Part shown: positions 10,424 through 18,335 of the stretch, in pieces | How the letters are laid out: the number at the start of each line of letters is the position of its first letter | How positions within the stretch are numbered: the stretch's first letter is position 1 | Assembly (NCBI GenBank): GCA_034658655.1 | Contig: JAYEFQ010000079.1 | Span: 8,965 to 72,964, forward strand | DNA length: 64,000 nucleotides | DNA from: Bacteroidota bacterium | Lineage (GTDB): Bacteria; Bacteroidota; Bacteroidia; Bacteroidales; ML635J-15 | Direction of reading: 5' to 3' | Notes under the pieces: generated by a model | Told to the model about the DNA's origin: nothing | Database searches by the model: none | The model's input: only the letters and a program-made list of their open reading frames with translations | Position numbers and translations under genes: made by a program

Positions 10424-11359
10424 TTAGTTATCAAGCAAATTTCTTGCCATGGATTGGAAAACTCCTTCTTTTAAAGCATAAGCCGAACGAATTAACACTC
10501 TAATCTGGAACAAATTTATCAAAAATTCTGTAAAAACCGAAGCTAATGGAATCATTTCTACTCTCATAGCTTCCATTCCGGGTATTTTCAATCGTTCTTC
10601 ACGGGTTTTCTGTATTAAGCTTTGAGATATTTCAAGCCAATAATCCCGAGGTATTTCATACCACTCAACATGTTTGTATGTCCCAACTAAACCGGCTTTA
10701 TGGATATACATAGATGCAAAAGTATCAAAACTTCCAGACGATCCTATAAGTACTTTTGGTTGATATTTTTCAACAATTGAAACTAATTCCTTCATTTCAA
10801 TCGACAAATAATTTCGGATATCATTAATAGTTTGTTCGGTAAGTGGATCAGATGGTTGAAATTTCAACAATAAGCGTGCAATTCCCAAATCAAATGATTT
10901 GCGGTAATAAACTTTTTCCATGCTAGCAATTTGTATTTCATTGCTACCTCCGCCAATATCGAGCAGCAAATATGGCTTCTCGTCCATAGGAACAGCCTGC
11001 CGAACTCCAAGATAAATAAACTCCGCCTCTTGTTCTCCTGAAATAATATTGAGTTGATATCCGGTAAGGGCTCTAACTCGCGATATTATTTCTTGCTGAT
11101 TTTTAGCATTTCGAACGCCTGAGGTGGCAAACACTTGTGTTTTTTCAACTTTAAACTGATCAACGATTTTCTTATATTTTGTCAATACACTAAGTACTCG
11201 CTGAATTGCCGGTTCAGAAATATTCCCGTTTGGAAAACCTTCTGCCCCAAGTTTAATTGCTTGCTTCTCAGCATGAATTACTTTAAGCTTATGGGGCGAC
11301 CACTCTGCAATACTCAAATTACAGGTATTGGTTCCTAAATCAATACTGGCAAGTTTCAT
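10424..11359 (-). CDS. Ppx/GppA family phosphatase (exopolyphosphatase-like)
   Basis: ASKHA-fold motifs are present: IDLGTNTCNL, FATSGVRNAKN, LLLDIGGGSNE. Confidence 0.8.
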   Translation of the reverse strand: MKLASIDLGTNTCNLSIAEWSPHKLKVIHAEKQAIKLGAEGFPNGNISEPAIQRVLSVLTKYKKIVDQFKVEKTQVFATSGVRNAKNQQEIISRVRALTGYQLNIISGEQEAEFIYLGVRQAVPMDEKPYLLLDIGGGSNEIQIASMEKVYYRKSFDLGIARLLLKFQPSDPLTEQTINDIRNYLSIEMKELVSIVEKYQPKVLIGSSGSFDTFASMYIHKAGLVGTYKHVEWYEIPRDYWLEISQSLIQKTREERLKIPGMEAMRVEMIPLASVFTEFLINLFQIRVLIRSAYALKEGVFQSMARNLLDN

Positions 11360-11366
11360 ATTAGTT

Positions 11367-12725
11367 TTAATAACGAATCCATTTCCATAATTCTTTATAG
11401 CTCACCTTTTTCCCGTACATCAGAATTCCTATGCGATAAATTTTTCCTGATAACCATACCATAAAGATAAAACTAAGAATTAATATAGAAAATGATAAAA
11501 CCAGATCAAAAACGGGTACTCCAAATGGAATTCTCACCATCATAACAATTGGTGATGTAAATGGAATCATTGAAAACCACCATGCCAAACTACTTTCCGG
11601 GCTATTAATAACGGAAAACATCACAATTAAACCCAAGACAAGTGGCAGTGATATTGGCAGCATAAACTGCTGAGTATCTGCCTCGTTGTCAACTGCTGCA
11701 CCCACCGCAGCAAACATCCCGGCATACAATAAATATCCGAAAAGAAAATAAAACAAAAAGGCACCTATAAGTAAGGGGAAGTTTATTGAAGAAAGAGCAT
11801 TGAGCGCTTCCTCTATTTTGCCAGAAAATTGATCTTGAATTGCATTATCACCAACTTGCGAATTTGAGGATATAAGCTGCTCCATCTGTGGTGATTGTTG
11901 AAACCCTTTTACATCATCAAGCAAAATAAATTGTGCAGCTGTCACAATCCCAAACGTTAATATAATCCATAAAATAAATTGTGTTAAACCTACCAATGCA
12001 ATTCCAATTATTTTTCCCATCATAAGTTTAAACGGGCGTACAGACGAAACTATGATTTCCACAATTCGGTTAGATTTTTCTTCAATCACACCACGCATAA
12101 CCTGAGATCCATACATAAATACAAACATGTAAATCAGGAATCCGGAAATATAACCGATAATCATGGCAATTTCTGTACTCGTACTTTTTTGTTCTCCATC
12201 ATCATTAATGATACGTGTTTTTATATCGACATTAGTTTCCACCGCTTTAATCACATTGCGAAGTACTTCTTTTTCAACACCAAGCTCTTTCCCTTTAATT
12301 TGAAGTTTCGCATCTTTAATGCACTTCTCCATGTGATTAAGCATTTCCATCTGAACTGCTAAACCCGGCTGTTTATATGAATACATCATTGCACTGCTAT
12401 GCCCTGTACTCACAATATTCTGTGGAATATAAAGCACAGCATAATAATCGTTTTGCTTCATTAGCTCAAGTGCAGCATCAACATCCATACTTTGGAGATA
12501 TTCGTATTTCAAATACTCGCTGTCCTCAAACTGATCAACAAATAAAAATGAGTCATCCAAAATTGCAACGGTTTTTTCCTCGGTATCTTTAATTTGTGCT
12601 AACCAAACCGGAACAATCATTAAAGCCGCAAACAATATCGGCCCCAGTATGGTCATAATAATAAAAGTCTTCTTTTTAACTCGACTCAAATATTCTCGTC
12701 TTATAATAATGCTAGTTCTATTCAT
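11367..12725 (-). CDS. ABC-2 type transporter permease (NatB-like)
   Basis: 452 aa with an N-terminal TM segment, a large loop and 5 C-terminal TM segments. It overlaps the upstream ATPase gene by 8 nt. Confidence 0.7.
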   Translation of the reverse strand: MNRTSIIIRREYLSRVKKKTFIIMTILGPILFAALMIVPVWLAQIKDTEEKTVAILDDSFLFVDQFEDSEYLKYEYLQSMDVDAALELMKQNDYYAVLYIPQNIVSTGHSSAMMYSYKQPGLAVQMEMLNHMEKCIKDAKLQIKGKELGVEKEVLRNVIKAVETNVDIKTRIINDDGEQKSTSTEIAMIIGYISGFLIYMFVFMYGSQVMRGVIEEKSNRIVEIIVSSVRPFKLMMGKIIGIALVGLTQFILWIILTFGIVTAAQFILLDDVKGFQQSPQMEQLISSNSQVGDNAIQDQFSGKIEEALNALSSINFPLLIGAFLFYFLFGYLLYAGMFAAVGAAVDNEADTQQFMLPISLPLVLGLIVMFSVINSPESSLAWWFSMIPFTSPIVMMVRIPFGVPVFDLVLSFSILILSFIFMVWLSGKIYRIGILMYGKKVSYKELWKWIRY

Positions 12726-13674
12726 GGCTCAGATTATTTACAGGTTCGTCGCTTCCTTCAACTAAAGAAATAAAGACAGAATTCATACTTGGTATAATCT
12801 GTCTGAAAGATTTCAGCTCCCCTTTGGGCAATAAAAATTTGATTAAATCATTGGCGGAAAAATTATCGTTTAAGCGTTTTAAACGAATACTTGTTTCTCC
12901 GTTTAATGGCTTAATTTCCATGATTTCATAATCGGAAGTCATCGCCATATCGGGATTTGTAAACTCCCCATCAAAAATAATTTCATAAACATCAGGAGCA
13001 TAGCGTTTACGAATAGTATCGATATTTCCCTCAACAACAATTTTTGATTTATTGATTAAGGCAATATCATCGCAAATTTCTTCAACGGATGACATATTGT
13101 GCGTACTAAAAATTACAGTTGCCCCTTTATCACGCAACTCCAGAATTTCATTTTTCATCAAATTTGCATTAATTGGGTCAAATCCGGAAAATGGTTCATC
13201 AAAAATCAACAATTCCGGCTCGTGCAATACGGTTGTGATAAACTGTACCTTCTGCGCCATTCCTTTCGACAACTCTTCCACTTTTTTATTCCACCAAGAC
13301 TCAATTCCAAATTTTTCAAACCAATATTTTAAGCGCTTTGCAGCATCAACTCTGCTTAAACCTTTAAGTTGAGTTAAATACATGGCTTGCTCCCCGACCT
13401 TCATTTTTTTGTATAATCCACGTTCTTCAGGTAAATACCCAATGTTTCGAATATGTTTTCCGTTAAGCGGCTCACCCATCAATTCAATTTTCCCGCCATC
13501 GAGACTAGTAATTTGATTTAAAATGCGAATAAAACTGGTTTTTCCTGCACCATTCGGACCAAGTAAGCCATAAATACTCCCCTTGAGAACAGATAGACTT
13601 ACATTGTCTAATGCTTTATGACCGGCATATTGCTTTGTCACATTTTCTGCTTTGAGTATGTAATCCATATGCAA
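12718..13674 (-). CDS. ABC transporter ATP-binding protein (NatA-like)
   Basis: Walker A GPNGAGKTS, signature LSKGMAQK and Walker B LLIFDEPFSGFD. Confidence 0.9.
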   Translation of the reverse strand: MHMDYILKAENVTKQYAGHKALDNVSLSVLKGSIYGLLGPNGAGKTSFIRILNQITSLDGGKIELMGEPLNGKHIRNIGYLPEERGLYKKMKVGEQAMYLTQLKGLSRVDAAKRLKYWFEKFGIESWWNKKVEELSKGMAQKVQFITTVLHEPELLIFDEPFSGFDPINANLMKNEILELRDKGATVIFSTHNMSSVEEICDDIALINKSKIVVEGNIDTIRKRYAPDVYEIIFDGEFTNPDMAMTSDYEIMEIKPLNGETSIRLKRLNDNFSANDLIKFLLPKGELKSFRQIIPSMNSVFISLVEGSDEPVNNLSHE

Positions 13675-13964
13675 ATAAATTTGACGTGAAAATAATGATA
13701 ATATACGTGAATGCTGTTATTTTTTTAATAAAGAATTACGCTTGTCCGATAAAAAATTAAGAGCAGAAAGATATTAAGATATAATTGTATCAATTAAAAA
13801 AACTAATAACAAAATGCAATCATGTTTTTATATCCTACGATATCAGCATCTTACAAATAAGGCAGCTATGGGTATAATGTAAATAAACACAATGGGCTTG
13901 CGTTTATTTACACGTTGAGTGTAATACTAAAAAAAAGCACCGTGCAATTGAACAATTCAATTCT

Positions 13965-13995
13965 TATATGTATATTTGCAAAATAAATACATATA
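13965..13995 (+). promoter_or_regulatory. 9-bp perfect inverted repeat (TATATGTAT-N13-ATACATATA) bracketing the island promoter; candidate operator
   Basis: The arms at 13965-13973 and 13987-13995 are exact reverse complements. The spacer contains the -7 box. Confidence 0.4.
13971..13978 (+). promoter_or_regulatory. -7 box TATATTTG (TAnnTTTG) for the ATPase/RloB operon
   Basis: Exact motif 33 nt upstream of ATG 14011. Confidence 0.45.
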
Positions 13996-14010
13996 TTAAA
14001 ATAAGAAAAA

Positions 14011-15327
14011 ATGATTATTCAAGAATTTAGTTTCGGAAACTTCAGGTCATTTAAGGATATTCAAACCTTAAATCTTACATCCGCTAAAATAAAATCAAAA
14101 TATAAATCTATTGATGAAAGCAATATTATTACAGATTCTAAATACAAAGATGCTTCATTTCTTAAATCAAAAGCAATATACGGGGCCAATGCGTGTGGAA
14201 AGAGTAATATTGTAAAAGCTTTTGTAACTTTTATTCGCATTATTAAACATTCAGTTAAGGATGAAGACGTTTTAGATTTAATAGAACCTTTTAGATTCAG
14301 TACGGAAACAGAAGATGAACCTAGTTTTTTTCAATTAATATTTTGGATTGATAACGTTAGGTATAGATATGGATTTGAAGCAGATGAAAAAGAAATTCAA
14401 TCAGAATGGCTTTTTGCTAGACCAAAGGAACGTGAACTACCTTATTTCATTCGAGAAAATCAAAAGATTATTGAAATTGATAAAACAAATTTCAGTGAGG
14501 GAAATAAGTTAATGAGTCTATTTGATGATGAACCATCAGATAATGAAATTTTCAGAGGTAATTCTTTATTTCTTTCTAGTATCTCATCATTAGGATTCGG
14601 AAAACTATCCAAACTCATTGTGAATAATATCGCTTCAATTTTTGTTATTAATGGTCTTGGTCATCAAGGTTTATATGAATACGCTGGAGATTCATTGAAT
14701 GACGATACTATGAAAGATTACATATTGAACTTTTTAAAATATGGCGATACTGGAATTCAGGATGTAGCAACAATTGAAATAAATTCAGAAGATTTACCTG
14801 CCGATTTAGATGAGGAAACAAAAAATGAAATTAAAGAAAACAAACCAAGAGTTTTAATCTCAGCCAGACAAAAATTTGACAGTGAATTAAATTTCAGAGA
14901 AAATGTACCACTTCCTTTCAGAATGATTGAATCAGAAGGTACTCTAAAACTTTTTGAGCTGAGTCCTTTTGTATATGAAGCTATTAAGGAAGGAAGACCT
15001 TTAATTATTGATGAGTTTGATGCTAGATTTCACCCTTTGTTGACAAAAAAAATAATTGAGTTATTTAATTCTGAGAAAAACAAAGCTTCCCAATTAATTT
15101 TTATGACACATGATACAAATTTATTGTCAGCCGATTCTCTAAGAAGAGACCAAATTGAATTTGTAGAAAAAGATAAATATGGTGCTAGTCATCTTTATTC
15201 ATTAGTACAATTTAAAGGGATTAGAAATAATGCTTCATTTGAAAAAGATTATATTCAAGGGAAATATGGAGCAATCCCATTCCTAGGTGATTTTAATAAA
15301 CTTTTTAATTTTGAAGCTAATGCCTAA
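14011..15327 (+). CDS. ABC/AAA_21-type ATPase (AbiLi / RloA / AriA-like), putative defense ATPase
   Basis: N-terminal FGNFRSFKD, Walker A GANACGKSN (aa 58-66), signature-like SEGTLKL, Walker B PLIIDEFD and H-loop FMTHD. The gene is very AT-rich. Confidence 0.85.
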   Translation: MIIQEFSFGNFRSFKDIQTLNLTSAKIKSKYKSIDESNIITDSKYKDASFLKSKAIYGANACGKSNIVKAFVTFIRIIKHSVKDEDVLDLIEPFRFSTETEDEPSFFQLIFWIDNVRYRYGFEADEKEIQSEWLFARPKERELPYFIRENQKIIEIDKTNFSEGNKLMSLFDDEPSDNEIFRGNSLFLSSISSLGFGKLSKLIVNNIASIFVINGLGHQGLYEYAGDSLNDDTMKDYILNFLKYGDTGIQDVATIEINSEDLPADLDEETKNEIKENKPRVLISARQKFDSELNFRENVPLPFRMIESEGTLKLFELSPFVYEAIKEGRPLIIDEFDARFHPLLTKKIIELFNSEKNKASQLIFMTHDTNLLSADSLRRDQIEFVEKDKYGASHLYSLVQFKGIRNNASFEKDYIQGKYGAIPFLGDFNKLFNFEANA

Positions 15328-16006
15328 AAAGACTAAAGCCATAAAAGTGACTGACAGAAAAAAGGCTTGGTTGAAAAAGGTTAAACCATCTACCTATGAG
15401 ATTGAAACGAAAGAAACCAATAAGATTATTTTAATCGTTGGTGAGGGTCAAACTGAAAAGTTATACTTTGAATCTTTTCCTGTTTTAACCCTTACAGTTG
15501 AAGTTGTCGATTTAGGAGGTCAAAGCAAGCAGAAATTAATTGAATCAACTGAAAGTATTGTCAAAGAAAGAACGATAAAATATGACGAGATTTGGTGTGT
15601 TTTTGATATGGATATAAAAAAAGGAGAAAAGAAATTCTCTGATTTTGATAATGCAATAAAAAGTGGAGAGGCAAAAGGATATAATATTGCATATTCAAAT
15701 GATGCATTTGAAGTTTGGTTTTATCTGCATTATCAATATAATGATCAAGAAAATCATAGGAAATTTTACTACAAAGCTTTAAGTGATAAATGGAATCTTA
15801 ATTATGAGAAAACTGGAAAAGCTTATGATTTTTGTAAAACAATTTATAGTAAATTGTTGAGTGATGAAGATTCTTGTCAAGCTAAAGCAATTGAACGAGC
15901 TAAAAAACTGTTTAAAGCACAAGAAAATTTAGATTTTCATAAACAAAATCCAGTAACAAAAGTTTACGAATTGGTTGAATATTTAAACTCTAAGAAAAGA
16001 AAGTAA
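15320..16006 (+). CDS. RloB-like / Toprim-like protein (AbiLii-like), putative nuclease partner
   Basis: ATG 15320 overlaps the ATPase stop (ATGCCTAA). ILIVGEGQTEKLYF supplies the conserved Glu and WCVFDMD supplies DxD, which together form a Toprim signature. The C-terminal NPVTKVYELVEYL resembles RloB family ends. Confidence 0.7.
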   Translation: MPKKTKAIKVTDRKKAWLKKVKPSTYEIETKETNKIILIVGEGQTEKLYFESFPVLTLTVEVVDLGGQSKQKLIESTESIVKERTIKYDEIWCVFDMDIKKGEKKFSDFDNAIKSGEAKGYNIAYSNDAFEVWFYLHYQYNDQENHRKFYYKALSDKWNLNYEKTGKAYDFCKTIYSKLLSDEDSCQAKAIERAKKLFKAQENLDFHKQNPVTKVYELVEYLNSKKRK

Positions 16007-16175
16007 TATTGCTAACACGCAATATAAAAAATGGGCAAAAAGTGGCAAATATGAGCGAATTAACAAAATAAAACGGTGTGGAAAATTGAAAAATTGGAAT
16101 TTCAAAATGCCCAAAATTTCATATTGCAATCGTTACATTTTTTAGAAAACCATGATAAAGATTGGCAAAAATTAC

Positions 16176-16207
16176 ATAAAAACTTTACAAACTTTATACT
16201 CGTCTCA
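16176..16207 (-). repeat. copy C of a conserved intergenic element (core TGAGACGAGTATAAA on the minus strand)
   Basis: The reverse complement reads TGAGACGAGTATAAAGTTTGTAAAGTTTTTAT. The 15-nt core is identical to 37219-37233. Confidence 0.6.
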
Positions 16208-16305
16208 TACTTACTAAAAATACGGCATGATTTTTATTACAGCTTTATAAAACAATATTTTTTAAGACATAGAGTTATTAAAAATGATACTATCTTAGCA
16301 AATCC

Positions 16306-17706
16306 ATGAAGCTAAATTTTCGACATATTATATTATTGTTTGCAGTAATTTTAATATTTCAAAATCTCAAAGCAACCCGTATTCACGGGACAGCAGAAGA
16401 TTATGCAAATTTTGAGCTAGTGTTTTATCATTATAGCGACTTACTGACAGAAAAAACGGACACACTCTTTACGCTTCGCTTGGATTCAAATGGAATCTTT
16501 GACAAACAGTTTGAAATCGCGGATACTACTCCTGTATTTACGCTGGTTGGTATTTATAAAATATGGTTTGTTGCAGAACCCAATGGGAATTATGACTTGG
16601 TTTTTCCTGATTATGTTGAGAAAACAAATGCTGAAATTTATAATCCCTTTTTTAACCCAATTTTATTAATGGCAGGGATAAAAGGACAAGATAAAACCGA
16701 CTTAAATTATTTGATTAATCGATTTGACCGATTGTACAATGATTATCTCAATACCCATTTATTAGATTTCCTTGCCGGAGGAAGAGATTCTGGTGTGGAG
16801 TTTTATATTGATAGTTTAAAACAGGATTTTTCTTATCATGAAAACAGTTATTTTAATGCGTGGAAAAAGTTTCGCTTTGCAAATTTAAGACGTATTGCCT
16901 ACGAACGCAACCATCGATTTACAATCAATCAATATTTCAGACAAGATGTAGTGCATTATCAAAACCCTGCTTATATATTTTTATTTAAAGAATTATTTGA
17001 AAATTATTTTGACCGGTTTCTGCTACGTCCTGATGGAAAAGAATTGCTCAAGGCTGTCAATTTAGCAAAAAGCCCTCATGCAATTTCAAAAGTACTTAGT
17101 AGAATGTTTGAGCTTGATAATCAAGCACTGCGTGAATATGTTATGATAAAAGGACTTCGAGATGCCTATTTAGGTGACAACTTTAAAAAACAACCCATAT
17201 TAATAACACTAGATTCAATTGCTGATTTTTCAAACTATCCTGAACATCGAATTGCGGCAAAAAATGTCATTGAATCACTTACTCATCTTGCAAAAGGCAC
17301 TTACCCACCAGATTTTAGTTTTTCAACAATTGACGGAGAAAAAGGAAATATTTCTGATTTGAAAAATCGTTATTTATATGTGGCTTTTTATCAAACAGAG
17401 CTTACAACTTGTCAGGAGGAAATTGCTCCATTAATTGAGCAAGCAATAAAACACAATGGTGATTTTGAGGTGATTATGGTTTTGTTTGATGAGGATAAAT
17501 ACAAGGCAATAAATCGTTTAAAACATTTAGATATTCCTTTTAATGTTGTTTTTCCTGACAATCCCGAAAAAATTAAAAAAGCATGGGAACTTAAGACATT
17601 CCCGATGTATTATCTTGTTGACCCTCAAGGAAAATTCATTTTTTCACCAGCACCTTCGCCAATTGAACATTTTGAAAATTATTTCTTTCGATATGTGAAA
17701 CATTAA
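16306..17706 (+). CDS. secreted protein with C-terminal thioredoxin-fold (TlpA/redoxin-like) domain lacking the CxxC pair
   Basis: Signal peptide. The C-terminal PDFSFSTIDGEKGNISDLKNRYLYVAFYQTELTTCQEEI...YYLVDPQGKFIF aligns to the TlpA pattern (FWASWCGPC) with only the second Cys retained. Confidence 0.55.
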   Translation: MKLNFRHIILLFAVILIFQNLKATRIHGTAEDYANFELVFYHYSDLLTEKTDTLFTLRLDSNGIFDKQFEIADTTPVFTLVGIYKIWFVAEPNGNYDLVFPDYVEKTNAEIYNPFFNPILLMAGIKGQDKTDLNYLINRFDRLYNDYLNTHLLDFLAGGRDSGVEFYIDSLKQDFSYHENSYFNAWKKFRFANLRRIAYERNHRFTINQYFRQDVVHYQNPAYIFLFKELFENYFDRFLLRPDGKELLKAVNLAKSPHAISKVLSRMFELDNQALREYVMIKGLRDAYLGDNFKKQPILITLDSIADFSNYPEHRIAAKNVIESLTHLAKGTYPPDFSFSTIDGEKGNISDLKNRYLYVAFYQTELTTCQEEIAPLIEQAIKHNGDFEVIMVLFDEDKYKAINRLKHLDIPFNVVFPDNPEKIKKAWELKTFPMYYLVDPQGKFIFSPAPSPIEHFENYFFRYVKH

Positions 17707-18332
17707 TTTGTTTCAACCAATCCAATCGTTTCTAAAAAATTTTGAATCGAATCATAGGTGTTTTTCATTAAAGGAAGAATCGTTTCTTTATCTATCCAAA
17801 CACATCGTTGTATCCCTTCTTCCAATTGTGGTTCAAGCGACTCTGTATTACCACTATACATCATCCCAAACCAATGGGTTGTTTTTAAATATGTCTTTTG
17901 ATTTTGTTTATAAATATGATAGGTCTTTCCAATAGGCTCTTGAATGCTCAAGGCATTGATGTCCATGCCGCATTCTTCAGAAACTTCCCGCAAAGCACAT
18001 ATTTCAGGAGATTCTCCTTTTTCTGCTTTTCCTTTTGGCAAATCCCATTTTCCATTACGAAAAATAAACAATCTTAATCCATTACTTATGGACACAATCC
18101 CGCCTGCCGCTGTTACTGGGTCGAAAATTGTTTGTAAGAATGCAAGACCTCGCTCAGGCGATGTACCGAAAATGTTTAAATGTTTTACCTGATTGTTTGC
18201 AGTAAAGCGATTAATCTGTATTTTTAGGTCGCCAACTTCGTTCATCGAAATGGCCTGAAAGCCTGAAGTTTCACCCTTCAGTTTTTCCTTTGTAATGGAA
18301 ATAAATCGATTTTTGAAATAAATTTTAATCAT
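17703..18332 (-). CDS. NUDIX hydrolase
   Basis: Nudix box GKAEKGESPEICALREVSEECG. The ORF opens at 18356, but ATG 18332 (MIKIYF) avoids overlapping pyrE. Confidence 0.8.
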   Translation of the reverse strand: MIKIYFKNRFISITKEKLKGETSGFQAISMNEVGDLKIQINRFTANNQVKHLNIFGTSPERGLAFLQTIFDPVTAAGGIVSISNGLRLFIFRNGKWDLPKGKAEKGESPEICALREVSEECGMDINALSIQEPIGKTYHIYKQNQKTYLKTTHWFGMMYSGNTESLEPQLEEGIQRCVWIDKETILPLMKNTYDSIQNFLETIGLVETN

Positions 18333-18335
18333 ATC

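Noticed and set aside
13684-13711. Direct repeat ACGTGAA x2 upstream of the ABC ATPase gene
   Set aside because: Only 7 nt long, with no dyad symmetry and no match to a regulator consensus I know. This could easily be chance.
13807-16069. TAACAAAAT at 13807-13815 and 16061-16069 as target-site duplication flanking the ATPase/RloB island
   Set aside because: A 9-mer of A/T-rich sequence is expected by chance in about 600 nt of AT-rich spacer, and there are no associated terminal inverted repeats.
16076-16309. 77-aa GTG-initiated ORF in the gap after the RloB-like gene
   Set aside because: It has no recognisable motif, lies in AT-rich DNA, has a non-ATG start and contains the intergenic repeat copy. 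It is most likely non-coding, although a small island-associated gene cannot be fully excluded.
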